Shown one piece after another: positions 1 to 9,999 of a DNA stretch of 64,000 nt. The notes below the pieces were generated by a model, which was not told the origin of the DNA, searched no databases, and saw only the letters and a program-made list of their open reading frames with translations. Source of the stretch: Nitrospirales bacterium (lineage in GTDB: Bacteria > Nitrospirota > Nitrospiria > Nitrospirales > UBA8639). The translations under genes and the position numbers were made by a program. The DNA is taken from NCBI GenBank assembly GCA_963422365.1, contig OY729426.1, forward strand, positions 2,112,001 to 2,176,000. The letters run 5' to 3'. How positions within the stretch are numbered: the stretch's first letter is position 1; the number at the start of each line of letters is the position of its first letter.

Positions 1-253
1 AAAAGCCGTGAGCCAGTGGTTTTGTGCTATTCACTTGAAGAAAAACGGCGGGCATTGATGCGGGTGCGTAAGGGCCGTCGGCCCTGGCATCCTGGCGTAC
101 CTGGACGTCTGCCTCTAACCAGACGATCCCATTTCGGCCTAAGGGGGCCGAGGGCTTTCTCTGCTACGTTCTCTTTCCCGTCACGTATGCGCCTATCGCC
201 TGCCTTGCCAATGGAACAAAGAATTGCCTTGATGGCCTGAAGGCAATCCTTCG

Positions 254-757
254 TTAGGCTTGCTCTTTTAACATCTTCTCCAACCAGTCGAATGCTTCAT
301 GATAAATGCCCGGGTGGGTACTTTCTCGGGGTCCGGCCACGTTCAGAACGGTAATGCCCGTATGGGAAATCCACGAGGCGGCAACATGGGGGGCTGGATT
401 TGCTGTCAGAACGATGACAAGATGGGGTTTGTGAAGGCGCTGGGCGGTGTGGACAGTCAGGGCTGTGCCACTCGTGGGGTCGTTGCGAGTCAGGATTAAC
501 GTTCCATCCGTGTCGCGGACGTTCCACTCTGTTCGTTGGGAATAGTGCGGCGAGGGAGTCTCTTGCAACGGGTACGTCATCGGGATCATGCCATCTTCAG
601 CCAGACGCCCCTTCGGGCACCAACCGCCAATCAACAGACCGGCAGCCAAGCCGACATCGAGGACTGCCCGATCAACTCCTGTTTGACCGCCTGATATCAA
701 TTTTGCAATGAGGTGGTGTGACATGAATGTGTCAGTCTGTTTCCTTCTTTTTGTCAT
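254..757 (-). CDS. Putative molybdenum carrier / YpsA-like SLOG family protein
   Basis: Motifs ISGGQTGVDRA, GGWCPKGRLAEDG, RTEWNVRDTDGTL and LNVAGPRES are typical of this family. Confidence 0.85.
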   Translation of the reverse strand: MTKRRKQTDTFMSHHLIAKLISGGQTGVDRAVLDVGLAAGLLIGGWCPKGRLAEDGMIPMTYPLQETPSPHYSQRTEWNVRDTDGTLILTRNDPTSGTALTVHTAQRLHKPHLVIVLTANPAPHVAASWISHTGITVLNVAGPRESTHPGIYHEAFDWLEKMLKEQA

Positions 758-804
758 TCCCGTCTGCGTTCACTCATTCGCTGAGATTTCCCGCCGTCTC
801 CTTC

Positions 805-837
805 TGTCATTCCCGACATGTGTCATCGGGAATCCAG
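805..837. repeat. REP-like palindrome, GTCATTCCCG...CGGGAATCCAG family
   Basis: TGTCATTCCCGACATGTGTCATCGGGAATCCAG; related copies at 44299 and 56138. Confidence 0.7.
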
Positions 838-844
838 TGCATAT

Positions 845-926
845 GGAGGGCCGCATCGTAAGCCGCCAACGCAAAGCGCCATGGGCCTGCCCTCGACGTT
901 TGTAATCGGGGGATGTTGCCGCTACA
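845..926. repeat. Degenerate inverted pair of GTAG-type REP units
   Basis: GGAGGGCCGCATCGTAAGCCGCC ... GATGTTGCCGCTACA resembles the copies at 30008 and 56274. Confidence 0.45.
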
Positions 927-957
927 ACAGAAAGAGAAGGCAGCCAGCCTCTTATTC

Positions 958-983
958 TGTCAACAAATGAGTGAACATTGACA
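958..983. promoter_or_regulatory. Palindromic operator candidate TGTCAA-N14-TTGACA
   Basis: Perfect 6-bp inverted repeat between divergent genes; the right half equals the -35 consensus. Confidence 0.3.
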
Positions 984-1117
984 ATGCCGAGCCACGCGAG
1001 GAATCTGTCTTTTTGCAAGTTGGGTCATGGCAGCCGGCAGGGGTAAAGGTTGAACGTTCGAAAATATTTCGCAACAATTGTACGGCAATTTTGTCAATGA
1101 AGAGCTAACGAGAGCCG

Positions 1118-1789
1118 ATGGCACGAATCCATCTTGATTACTATACCACTTTGGGGGTGACTCCAGAGGCGTCGGATGAAGAGATTAAACGATCCTATCG
1201 CAAACTTGCGCTCAAATATCATCCTGATCGAAATCAGGGAAACAAGAACGCCGAAGAGAAAATTCGCGAAATCAATGCCGCGTATGAAGTGCTCGGTGAT
1301 CCTGAGACCAGGAAATCCTACGAACGGCTTCGGTTTGGGGGTTATGGACGGAAATCGGATTTTGCCGCTGCGGAACCCACCGAAACGATTGATCCGGGTG
1401 TCATCCTTGAAGCTATGGAGAAAAAATTGTGGGAGGAAGGGCGGTCAGAGATTTTTCGAAAATTCATGAATGCCCTTCCCCTGGTGAAACAGGAATTAGC
1501 AAAAATTCGCAAAGTCACGGTCGCCAAATTAGGCTATGACAAATTTCATGAAGATATTGTGAAGATACATGCCAAACACGCGATCGATGAAATCGTGACG
1601 CCTGAGATGGAAGAACGAAAAGAACGGTTGTTGGACGTGGCCTTACACATGATGTTGTCTCAAGGTGTCGACGGCCGTGGCGGCCAGGAAGGAGAGGAGT
1701 GGGTCAAACGGCAATTGACCTCGGCGTTTCGTCGGGGTCGGGTGGACGGCTATTGTGAGGCCTGTGAGTTACTCTATGTTCGGCGGTAA
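1118..1789 (+). CDS. J-domain (DnaJ class C) protein
   Basis: N-terminal DYYTTLGV...KYHPDRN...EINAAYEVL; no zinc-finger repeats; helical C-terminus. Confidence 0.9.
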   Translation: MARIHLDYYTTLGVTPEASDEEIKRSYRKLALKYHPDRNQGNKNAEEKIREINAAYEVLGDPETRKSYERLRFGGYGRKSDFAAAEPTETIDPGVILEAMEKKLWEEGRSEIFRKFMNALPLVKQELAKIRKVTVAKLGYDKFHEDIVKIHAKHAIDEIVTPEMEERKERLLDVALHMMLSQGVDGRGGQEGEEWVKRQLTSAFRRGRVDGYCEACELLYVRR

Positions 1790-1879
1790 CCTGCCACACG
1801 GCCCAATTTGTTGTCCGCTAAGCCCAAGAAGTTCAGACACCTCCGGTTGCTGCGCGCGCAATGGGCGCGCCTTGTCAGT

Positions 1880-4531
1880 CTAAAACCGGTATGTAAAGGC
1901 TGTGTAGTAGAACCCGCCGTTGAACCCGAATGGCGCGGACCGACGCGAGTACTGGAACACGCCGGGAGAGTCCACAATGAGATTGCCCTGACTGTCGATG
2001 ATTCTCCCTGCGCGTGCCTGACCTATTCGGTTTTCATCGGGCGTCACGTTAAATAGGTTGTTAGCTCCGATCTTCAAGATCCCGAATGGTCCGAAGTTGT
2101 AACTGAGCTGAATGTCAGTGAGGTACTTGGGATCGAATTTCTGCTTGGTTCCGTCAGTCACTGTGTATGAGCCGTAGCGGTGAACCATCACGGATGCCGA
2201 CAATTGGTCCAACTGATACAAACCTGACAGCGTGAAGCGGCTTTTGGGCTGCCATTCTTCAATGATAGAGCGATCCTGGTCGGTAAACAGTCCGGGTGGA
2301 AGACCTGCCGGAAGGTTGACCGACCCGGTCTTGGTTTCCATGATAGCTCCGAGTAGTCTGAGGTTCAGGTCTCCCAATGGTATGAACGGTACGTCCCACG
2401 AGGCGACGATGTCCACGCCCTGCGTCCGGGTATCCACCGCATTCATGAAAAACTGCGCTTTACCGACGTTCTCATCGTTGAGAGCGTCCTTGGCTGACTG
2501 CGGAATACCATCCGCATCCGACTCCAATTGGCCGCTTATGATGATTCTGTCATTTACCCTGATATGATAGAAGTCCGTGGTGAGGGTAAACGAGGGAAAC
2601 GGCGTATACACAAACCCTGCGCTCACGTTGAGCGCGGTTTCCCTGTCCAATTCGGGGATTCCTATGGCCTTCGCGATGTCGCTGTCATTCCTGACCGTGC
2701 GAACCTCTGATGGAACCTGCTCGTTTTGTTCGTTTTGCCGGAACTGGGTACTCACGTTGTTAAAGTAAAGTTGGTGCATTGAAGGCGCTCGAAAGCCGGT
2801 GCTCATTGAGCCTCTCAATGCGAACTGTTTGGAGAAGTCCAGTTTCATGGCAAGTTTGCCGTTGACGGTATGGCCGAAGTCGCTGTAATGCTCGTAACGT
2901 ACTGCCGGACTGACCATGACCTTATCAAAAACACCAAGATCATTCATGAACATCTCCACATCCGTGTAGAAGGAAAAAGCGTGCCTTGACTCGTCTACCT
3001 CGTTTTCTGGCCTAAAGCCAGGGAAGACTTGGATGCCTTCTACGCCCTCGCCTGGGCCGTCATAGTCTCTGTATGAGTACTCTTCTCCGGCTTTGATCTG
3101 ATAGTTGTCCCTTCTGTACCCAGCTCCCCAGGCCACGTTCATGACCTGTATCGGTACGTTCCGGATAGGGAGGGAGAAATCCAGGTTGACGGTGGTCAGA
3201 TAGAGTTCCAGGTCGCCGGAATCTGCGGAAGTTGCTCCAGGTTGTCCATTGGCGGCAACCCATGAAGCATTGTGGGAGTTTGTTATATTGAAATTGAACG
3301 TGTTGCCGCCGTGGACCACTCCAAGATCGGCTTTGAGTCCGTTGTCGAACTCTTTGACAAGACCAGCGCCGAATGAAAAGTCCCAGATCGTCGTGTTAAT
3401 CAGCGGCAAAAATCCATCCGGATAGTCTGAGTCAGCGGGATTTCGATCAGACTGGTTTGCCCTTCTATAGAATCCGCCGCTTTCGTTTTCTCTCCTCGAT
3501 AAGTCGGCAAAAGAATAGATCTCTGCCCCACGCCACAGCGAATCGATGGGTTTTTCGAAGTTGAGCGCACTGCTGAACTGTTCCGAATCCGCGTCCCCGA
3601 TTCGGAAGTTGCGACGGTTGAAATTCCTCTCTTTGTCGTTACTTGGATCATCGGTCAGGATGTTGGTAGCAACGTTGTTATCGCAAGGGTTCGGCGTACT
3701 ACATTTAGTGACAGAGTGAGGGTACTGGATGTCGCCGGTCAGGCCCGCTCGGTTGGTCCGCTGCCGATTGCGATATTCGAACGTCGCGTGCAACATGCCG
3801 TCTTCTCCGATCTTGAAGCCCTTGTCGAGGCTTGCGGCGAACTGATCGCCGTCTCCTTCGTAGGTCGTTCCATAGTTCGCGCGGAACCCTCCTTCGTAAT
3901 TGTCCTTGAGGATGACGTTGATGACTCCAGCGATGGCATCCGATCCGTATTGTGCGGAAGCCCCGTCACGCAGGACTTCAATACGCTTGATCGCGCCGAG
4001 CGGGATCGCGTTCATATCAGTGCCTGCGGTGCCGCGTCCGACAGAAGTGTTGACGTGGATGAGTGCGCTGCCGTGACGCCGCTTTCCATTGAGCAGAACG
4101 AGTACCTGATCCGGTCCCATTCCCCTTAGCGTCGCGGGTCGTACGGAGTCCGTCCCGTCGCTGATCGTCGAACTCGATAAATTGAACGAGGGAATCAACC
4201 GCTGGATAGCCCGTCCCACTTCGAGTTGTCCCGTTTTGCGCATGTCTTCCTGTTTAATCAGGTCCACAGGCACAGGGGAATCCGTTATGCTTCTGCCCTG
4301 AATCCTGCTTCCGACAATGACGACTTCCTCAAGTTTGGTCGGCTCGTCAGTGGAATTAGCCTCCTGTTCCTGAGCTGAAACGCCCGGAGCCAGCACACAG
4401 ATGATCAACGCGTTGAGTAACAGTTTTCTATAGAGTATGATTCCCTCTTTCTTATAAATTCTAAAATAAAACTTGGTATCATGCCACATAAGACAAATGC
4501 AATGGCAAACAATTCGCTTCGGGCACCCCAT
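1880..4531 (-). CDS. TonB-dependent outer-membrane receptor (true start probably near 4438-4489)
   Basis: TonB box EEVVIVGSR, plug motifs LRGMGPDQVLVLLNGKR and RIEVLRDGASAQYGSDAIAGVINVI, C-terminal YRF. Confidence 0.95.
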   Translation of the reverse strand: MGCPKRIVCHCICLMWHDTKFYFRIYKKEGIILYRKLLLNALIICVLAPGVSAQEQEANSTDEPTKLEEVVIVGSRIQGRSITDSPVPVDLIKQEDMRKTGQLEVGRAIQRLIPSFNLSSSTISDGTDSVRPATLRGMGPDQVLVLLNGKRRHGSALIHVNTSVGRGTAGTDMNAIPLGAIKRIEVLRDGASAQYGSDAIAGVINVILKDNYEGGFRANYGTTYEGDGDQFAASLDKGFKIGEDGMLHATFEYRNRQRTNRAGLTGDIQYPHSVTKCSTPNPCDNNVATNILTDDPSNDKERNFNRRNFRIGDADSEQFSSALNFEKPIDSLWRGAEIYSFADLSRRENESGGFYRRANQSDRNPADSDYPDGFLPLINTTIWDFSFGAGLVKEFDNGLKADLGVVHGGNTFNFNITNSHNASWVAANGQPGATSADSGDLELYLTTVNLDFSLPIRNVPIQVMNVAWGAGYRRDNYQIKAGEEYSYRDYDGPGEGVEGIQVFPGFRPENEVDESRHAFSFYTDVEMFMNDLGVFDKVMVSPAVRYEHYSDFGHTVNGKLAMKLDFSKQFALRGSMSTGFRAPSMHQLYFNNVSTQFRQNEQNEQVPSEVRTVRNDSDIAKAIGIPELDRETALNVSAGFVYTPFPSFTLTTDFYHIRVNDRIIISGQLESDADGIPQSAKDALNDENVGKAQFFMNAVDTRTQGVDIVASWDVPFIPLGDLNLRLLGAIMETKTGSVNLPAGLPPGLFTDQDRSIIEEWQPKSRFTLSGLYQLDQLSASVMVHRYGSYTVTDGTKQKFDPKYLTDIQLSYNFGPFGILKIGANNLFNVTPDENRIGQARAGRIIDSQGNLIVDSPGVFQYSRRSAPFGFNGGFYYTAFTYRF

Positions 4532-4532
4532 A

Positions 4533-4550
4533 AAGGGGGCACACCCCCTT
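4533..4550 (-). terminator. Hairpin, possible terminator downstream of tRNA-Ser
   Basis: AAGGGGG-CACA-CCCCCTT perfect stem; only a short U tract on the minus strand. Confidence 0.4.
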
Positions 4551-4636
4551 CAGAATCCCCGTTCGAACCTCACCCCCTTCTACGGCCATTGGTAGGCATC
4601 GTGGCGCCACTCTTTGTCTGATAGTTTTTGATGTTG

Positions 4637-4724
4637 TGGCGGAGGGGGTGGGATTCGAACCCACGGTCCCGTGAAGGACTCCGGTTTTCAAGACCGGCCT
4701 GTTCGTCCACTCCAGCACCCCTCC
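4637..4724 (-). tRNA. tRNA-Ser(TGA)
   Basis: GGAGGGG acceptor stem, anticodon arm CCGGT-CTTGAAA-ACCGG, long variable arm, GGTTCGAATCC, encoded CCA. Confidence 0.97.
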
Positions 4725-4736
4725 TGGTTGCACCTC

Positions 4737-4982
4737 TTAGTGCACTGATTCTTCAATGAGAAACCATCCATGCCGTTGCATGCAGACTTCGTAGCTTGCG
4801 GCACCTTTCAGCCCGGCCATGCCCGGGTCGTCTTCACACTCGGTACTCACTCGTTCAAACTCGCCCGGAGCTGCGCCGGGTTTGGACCATGAGGTTTGAA
4901 CTTTCGTAAGCGCGCACCCGCCCATGATTCCGAGTATGGCCAGGATACAGGCCGATAGTCTGATTAGGTTCCCAATGCTCAC
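4737..4982 (-). CDS. Small lipoprotein
   Basis: Hydrophobic signal with MGGC lipobox-like motif, a further Cys pair (EC...VCM..HGW), and an AAGGAGG SD. Confidence 0.75.
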   Translation of the reverse strand: MSIGNLIRLSACILAILGIMGGCALTKVQTSWSKPGAAPGEFERVSTECEDDPGMAGLKGAASYEVCMQRHGWFLIEESVH

Positions 4983-5012
4983 AGAGGACCTCCTTGTTAG
5001 GCACAGATGGTC

Positions 5013-6329
5013 TCAGTCCGAACCCTGCCCGTCGTAGGGTGCAGGGCTTGGAGCGATTCGTTCGACTCCATTCATATACGGTCGCAACACCGTGGGAATG
5101 ATGACCGAGCCATCTTCTTGTTGATAGTTTTCCAAAATGGCGACGATCGCCCGACCCACGGCTACGCCGGATCCATTGAGCGTATGAAGATAGACCGGTT
5201 TGCCGCCTTTGTGGCGAAACCGAATATTCGCTCTCCGTGCTTGGAAGGCTTCGAAATTGCTGCACGACGAGATTTCCCTGTACGCTTGTTGCGAGGAGAC
5301 CCAGACTTCGAGGTCATAGGTCTTGGCGGCGGCGAACCCCAGGTCACCGCGGCATAGGCTGACGACTCGGTAGGGCAATTCGAGTGCTTGCAGAATCGCT
5401 TCGGCTGCGTTGGTGAGGTGCTCAAGCTCGGAAGACGATTCCTCCGGGGTGGTGAACACAACGAGTTCGACTTTATGGAACTGATGGACGCGAATCAGAC
5501 CGCGCGTATCTTGTCCATAGGAGCCGGCTTCTCGACGGAAACAGGGTGTCGCAGCCACGTGCCGGATCGGCAAGGCGGTGTCCGGAAGAATTTCGTCCCG
5601 GTACATGTTGGTGACCGGCACTTCGGCTGTTGGGATTAAGATGTACGCATCATCGCGGAGGTGAAACAGGTCGCTTTCGAATTTCGGGAGTTGTCCCGTG
5701 CCGATCATGGCCTCTCGATTGACGAGAGAGGGTGGAAGTACTTCGGTATAGCCATGCGCCTGAATATGGATATCGAGCATCAACGCGGTTAACGCGCGTT
5801 CGAGTTGGGCGCCTGCGCCTAGAGCAATGGAAAATCGTGCCCCGGCGACTTTGCCTGCTCGCTTAAAGTCCAAAATGCCCAGGGATTCTCCTACGTCCCA
5901 ATGCGGTTTCGGCGGAAAGGAAAAGAATGGCGGCTTACCCCATCGACGAACTTCGACGTTCTGCGACGCATCAGCTCCTTGAGGAACCGTGCTATGTGGG
6001 ACGTTGGGAATGCCCAGCGCGTGTTCTTCGAGTTGGGTTTTAAGCGTCCGCAAGTGTTCTGTGTGGATGGCAATATTGTCGCCCAGCGCCCGCATGGCGG
6101 CCACGGCTGCTTCTGCAGGTTGGTTCGTGCGCTTTAATCGGGCGATGTCCTCGGAGCCTTTTTTGAGTTGATGCCGGAGGGCTTCGACTTGGGAAAGTCC
6201 GTCTCGGCGGTCTTGTAACAGCTTTTCGACCTCCTCCCACGCCACCTCTGCTCCACGGGGACCGAGTTGGTCGCGAATTGCTGGTAACTGTTCCCTGAGC
6301 GATCGAATGTCATACATGGAGAAAATCAC
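5013..6329 (-). CDS. serS: Serine--tRNA ligase
   Basis: [40 protein letters not shown]. Confidence 0.98.
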   Translation of the reverse strand: MIFSMYDIRSLREQLPAIRDQLGPRGAEVAWEEVEKLLQDRRDGLSQVEALRHQLKKGSEDIARLKRTNQPAEAAVAAMRALGDNIAIHTEHLRTLKTQLEEHALGIPNVPHSTVPQGADASQNVEVRRWGKPPFFSFPPKPHWDVGESLGILDFKRAGKVAGARFSIALGAGAQLERALTALMLDIHIQAHGYTEVLPPSLVNREAMIGTGQLPKFESDLFHLRDDAYILIPTAEVPVTNMYRDEILPDTALPIRHVAATPCFRREAGSYGQDTRGLIRVHQFHKVELVVFTTPEESSSELEHLTNAAEAILQALELPYRVVSLCRGDLGFAAAKTYDLEVWVSSQQAYREISSCSNFEAFQARRANIRFRHKGGKPVYLHTLNGSGVAVGRAIVAILENYQQEDGSVIIPTVLRPYMNGVERIAPSPAPYDGQGSD

Positions 6330-6439
6330 AACTTATTGAAAAGATAGATGAAAGTTAGCATGTATCTCGGACTCAGTCAACGAAGACACGAAGAGGTGGA
6401 ATACTTGCGGTGGCGTGAGGTTTCTCCTACTCTGAGTCC

Positions 6440-6577
6440 ATGCCGTATCTGTTTCCGCATGAAGACCTTTTCGTCGGGGGTCTGGTATGCGTGATCGTCG
6501 GGCTTTTGCTTGTTCGAGCGGTTATTGCCAGAAGACAGAAAGGAAGAGACCAAAATTCTGCTCAGACCGACCGGTAA
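6440..6577 (+). CDS. 45-aa single-TM small protein (not in ORF track)
   Basis: Manual translation MPYLFPHEDLFVGGLVCVIVGLLLVRAVIARRQKGRDQNSAQTDR: a hydrophobic helix followed by a basic patch. Confidence 0.55.
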   Translation: MPYLFPHEDLFVGGLVCVIVGLLLVRAVIARRQKGRDQNSAQTDR

Positions 6578-6658
6578 CACGTTGTATGACTTGATTTGAT
6601 CTTTTTTTATCGAGTCACTATCATTTCTCCTTTTGTACCAAATTCTACTCGGGAAGAG

Positions 6659-7408
6659 ATGCATATGCATGACATGTCACGAGTGCAACGAAGCGATGGT
6701 CGCCGACCTGATGAAATCCGTCTCGTCAAAATTACCCGACCGTTTCTGAAGTATGCGGATGGGTCCGTCTTGATAGAAATGGGCGAAACCAAGGTTATTT
6801 GCACGGCTTCGGTCGAGGAAAAGCTCCCACCGTTCTTACGGGAGAAAGGGCAAGGCTGGGTAACGGCTGAATATGCCATGTTGCCACGGGCCACTCATCA
6901 TCGGACGCCCCGCGAAGCATCGCGAGGAAAACAAAGCGGCCGGACGTTGGAAATTCAACGGCTCGTGGGCCGAGCGTTACGCGCGGTGACGGATTTGCCT
7001 GCGATGGGGGAGCGCACGATTTGGATTGATTGTGATGTGATTCAAGCCGATGGTGGCACGCGCACGGCTTCGATTACCGGAGCCTTTATCGCGCTTGCCG
7101 ATGCGTTTGCCGCATTGAAAGAAAAGAACGTGCTGACGAAGACGCCGCTGATTGATTATCTCGCTGCCATCAGCGTCGGAAGGGTCGGCGGAGCCTCACT
7201 AGTGGACCTGTGTTACGAAGAAGATTCCACGGCCGAGGTGGACATGAATCTCGTGATGACCGGCAAGGGACGTTTAGTCGAAGTGCAAGGGACGGCCGAA
7301 CGCGGTTCATTTGGAAAAGAGGATTTGGATCAATTTTTGGCTTTGGGTTGGACCAGCATTCAGCAATTGATCAAGCGACAAAAAGACTGTGTCGGCACTC
7401 TCGCGTAG
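6659..7408 (+). CDS. rph: Ribonuclease PH
   Basis: [40 protein letters not shown]; start is one of several nearby ATGs. Confidence 0.97.
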   Translation: MHMHDMSRVQRSDGRRPDEIRLVKITRPFLKYADGSVLIEMGETKVICTASVEEKLPPFLREKGQGWVTAEYAMLPRATHHRTPREASRGKQSGRTLEIQRLVGRALRAVTDLPAMGERTIWIDCDVIQADGGTRTASITGAFIALADAFAALKEKNVLTKTPLIDYLAAISVGRVGGASLVDLCYEEDSTAEVDMNLVMTGKGRLVEVQGTAERGSFGKEDLDQFLALGWTSIQQLIKRQKDCVGTLA

Positions 7409-7414
7409 AACATC

Positions 7415-8019
7415 GTGGATCTGGTGTTAGCAACAGGCAATCGAGATAAACAGCAGGAGATCAAGGCGTTCTTGCAGGACCTTGGTTTGACCATTCGGAT
7501 GTTGGATGAGTTTCCCTCAGCGCCGGACGTGATCGAAGACGGCGACACCTGCCACGCCAATGCGAGCAAAAAAGCTCGAACGATTGCACAGTGTACAGGA
7601 AAGCTGACCCTTGCCGATGATACCGGGTTGGAAGTCGACGCCTTAGGCGGCCGCCCGGGCGTGTTTGCTGCCAGATATGCCGGAGACCATGCCACGTATG
7701 AAGACAATTGTCGGAAATTGTTGGACGAATTGACGGGGGTCCCGGCGGAGCAACGGGGGGCTCGATTCCTGACCGTCGTGGCCATCGCCGATTCTGCTTC
7801 TCCTGTCGAGTTCGTGGAAGGTGCGTTACGGGGACGGATCGCGGATCACTGCTCTGGTGACTACGGGTTTGGCTACGATCCGGTTTTTGTGGTGCCGGAC
7901 TTAGAGAAAACCTTAGCGGAATTGACGCTTGACCAAAAGAATCGAATCAGCCATCGTGGACGGGCTTTGGCCAAAGCCAAGTCTGTCTTGAAACGGAAAC
8001 TTGCACGTGAGAACAATGT

Positions 8020-8029
<10 letters not shown>
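7415..8029 (+). CDS. rdgB: dITP/XTP pyrophosphatase
   Basis: [34 protein letters not shown]; follows rph. Confidence 0.96.
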
Positions 8030-8097
<68 letters not shown>

Positions 8098-8159
8098 TGG
8101 TTTGTCCCCTTTCTTCCTCGGACTGACTCGCCATGGCTCGACACATCCAGCACTCCTGT

Positions 8160-8236
8160 GCGCCCGTAGCTCAGTTGGACAGAGCATCGGCCTTCTAAGC
8201 CGAGGGTCGCAGGTTCGAATCCTGCCGGGCGCGCCA
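8160..8236 (+). tRNA. tRNA-Arg(TCT)
   Basis: GCGCCCG/CGGGCGC acceptor stem, TCGGC-CTTCTAA-GCCGA anticodon arm, CCA end. Confidence 0.97.
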
Positions 8237-8319
8237 ATGACTCGACTCTTGGTCTGGGAAAAGAGAAGCGCATGCCCGTAAAAACACAGAAGACACAAAG
8301 TGACTCGGGGCTGAGTGGG

Positions 8320-9080
8320 ATGACGGGACAGCGATTTCAGTAACGTGCCGCTTTCTGATTTCAAACTCCACGGCAGGCTGGCCGTTCTTGGCAATCGCTT
8401 CCGCGAGCAGCGTCGTCTGGGCAGCCTCCGCTGGCGCCCGGTGTAGGCTTCCGCTTCGGCTGTCCCCCTGATGGCCTCGGCCTTCCTCGGGGCTTGATAG
8501 AACTCCGCCCAGCCGCAAGCTCCACCGACCGTGTCTCGCCCTCAGCCTTCGCAATGACGGCACGCCGTTCCTGATCTGCGTTCAATGGCTGCCGCGGGGA
8601 AGCCTTGGTCTGCTCATCGACAATCACCTCGATGATCTCGGTGCGGGTGATCTCCAGACCCCAAATCGGGGCGGCCTTCTGTAGGGTGAAAGCAGTTTCC
8701 CGGGTCATGGAATCGCGCGAAGCCTGCAGGTCTTCCAATTCCAGCTTCCCGCCCGCCGAACGCATAATAGACGTTGCTGCCGTGATGATCGCTTGGTCAC
8801 TATCTTCGATTGTGCACACGGTTTTCTCGGCTTCGATGACCCGGAAGAACACCGTGCCCTGCAGATTCACCTCGACATTATTCGTAAACATCAGAGGTAC
8901 CGTTCAAGAATCGAAAGACAATGGCCGACATGGTCAAGGAACGGCACAATCAAGTTAAGTCCGGCAGGAAGGGTACAGCGTGTACTTACCGAAGCGCTCG
9001 ATGAGGTACACCATGCTCTAAGGAACAACCTGCACCCTCTTCCAGACAACGGGCGATCGCAAAGATGAGCACGACGATTG
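8320..9080 (-). pseudogene. SPFH/band 7 (stomatin-like) pseudogene
   Basis: Pieces lie in different frames: VQVVP*..IERFGKYT, LPAGLNLIVPFLD, NVEVNL..MRSAGGKLELED..WGLEITRTEI, LAEAIAKNGQPAVEFEI. Includes an in-frame stop and frameshifts. Confidence 0.8.
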
Positions 9081-9243
9081 TCACGACCGCATACACATCA
9101 ATTTCCACAGTCTTCATCGTTCCCTCACAGTTTCATTCCTCAACCTAAGAATACGTCTCCGGCTAAATTCAGGCGACAGCTTGCTGAATGCGCAAGCTCT
9201 CGACCGATCATCTTGTGCTTTGTCTCTGTCATGAAAAACCAGT

Positions 9244-9999
9244 TTATGATCGTCCGGAACGTACACCGGACCGCCGGAAGAGCGTCGGTAAGCCGAAGTA
9301 CGCAAAGGCGTCCTTTAAATTCGAGAACCAGCGCTTGGGTCGGCTTATCGTGGGATCGGTTACGTATTCCAACGTGAGGACGACACGTTCCTCCCCTTCG
9401 CCCAGGGGGGTCACAGTATGATGCAGTTTGTCGCCATTGAAAAAGATCAACAAACCAGGATCCGTTGAGAGGCTGAGTTCCTGCACTTCACGCCCAGACT
9501 CTTTGGTATGTAAGCGGCACGCTAACCGGCTGACGGATCGATCCACCAACCCAAGCAATACCGTATAGCGCGCGCCGTTGTAATAGGAGGTATCGTAGTG
9601 CCAACCAATGTGATCGCCTGGCTCGGTGTAAAAATACAGGGCGCAGGCATGTGGGTCATCATCAGGACATCGTTGTAACGGCGTCCCGACGATTCCGCTG
9701 AGCCACTCGATAAACGCCGGCGACTGGTAGAACAACAAAATCGATGGAGCGGCCTGGCGAAGCGAATAATAACTCACACTCCCGCCCTTTTTGTGCGTAG
9801 GGATGTAATTTCGATTTAATTGGGGCCGAACTCGTTCCACTTCTTCCATAAATTGTTCTATGACGCCTTGCGACACAAAGTGACTCAGGGTGACGAATTC
9901 GCCTTGTTCCCAAAACAGCGGCGCAACGTGATGAGCGGGATATCGAGCACATGCCTGATCGAGTTCCTCTATAATAGGGCTTTGTGTGATTTGATTCAT
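9244..9999 (-). CDS. 2OG-Fe(II) oxygenase
   Basis: GWHYD ... LHHTVTP ... ERVVL: HxD/H facial triad plus the 2OG-binding Arg. Confidence 0.85.
   Translation of the reverse strand: MNQITQSPIIEELDQACARYPAHHVAPLFWEQGEFVTLSHFVSQGVIEQFMEEVERVRPQLNRNYIPTHKKGGSVSYYSLRQAAPSILLFYQSPAFIEWLSGIVGTPLQRCPDDDPHACALYFYTEPGDHIGWHYDTSYYNGARYTVLLGLVDRSVSRLACRLHTKESGREVQELSLSTDPGLLIFFNGDKLHHTVTPLGEGEERVVLTLEYVTDPTISRPKRWFSNLKDAFAYFGLPTLFRRSGVRSGRS

Noticed and set aside
16..240. 74-aa CDS
   Set aside because: Arg/Pro-rich with no motif; better explained as structured non-coding sequence, although a gene entering from the left cannot be excluded.
113..259. Integron attC site (GCCTAAC at the SLOG gene stop on the minus strand ... 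GTTAGAG)
   Set aside because: The R' box is imperfect, there are no complementary L boxes, and there is no integrase or cassette array.
4480..4512. Pho box upstream of the TonB receptor
   Set aside because: The TGCCAT/TGTCTT/TGGCAT units have irregular spacing and a weak match.
9244..9999. BesD-like halogenase
   Set aside because: It retains the HxD carboxylate ligand.
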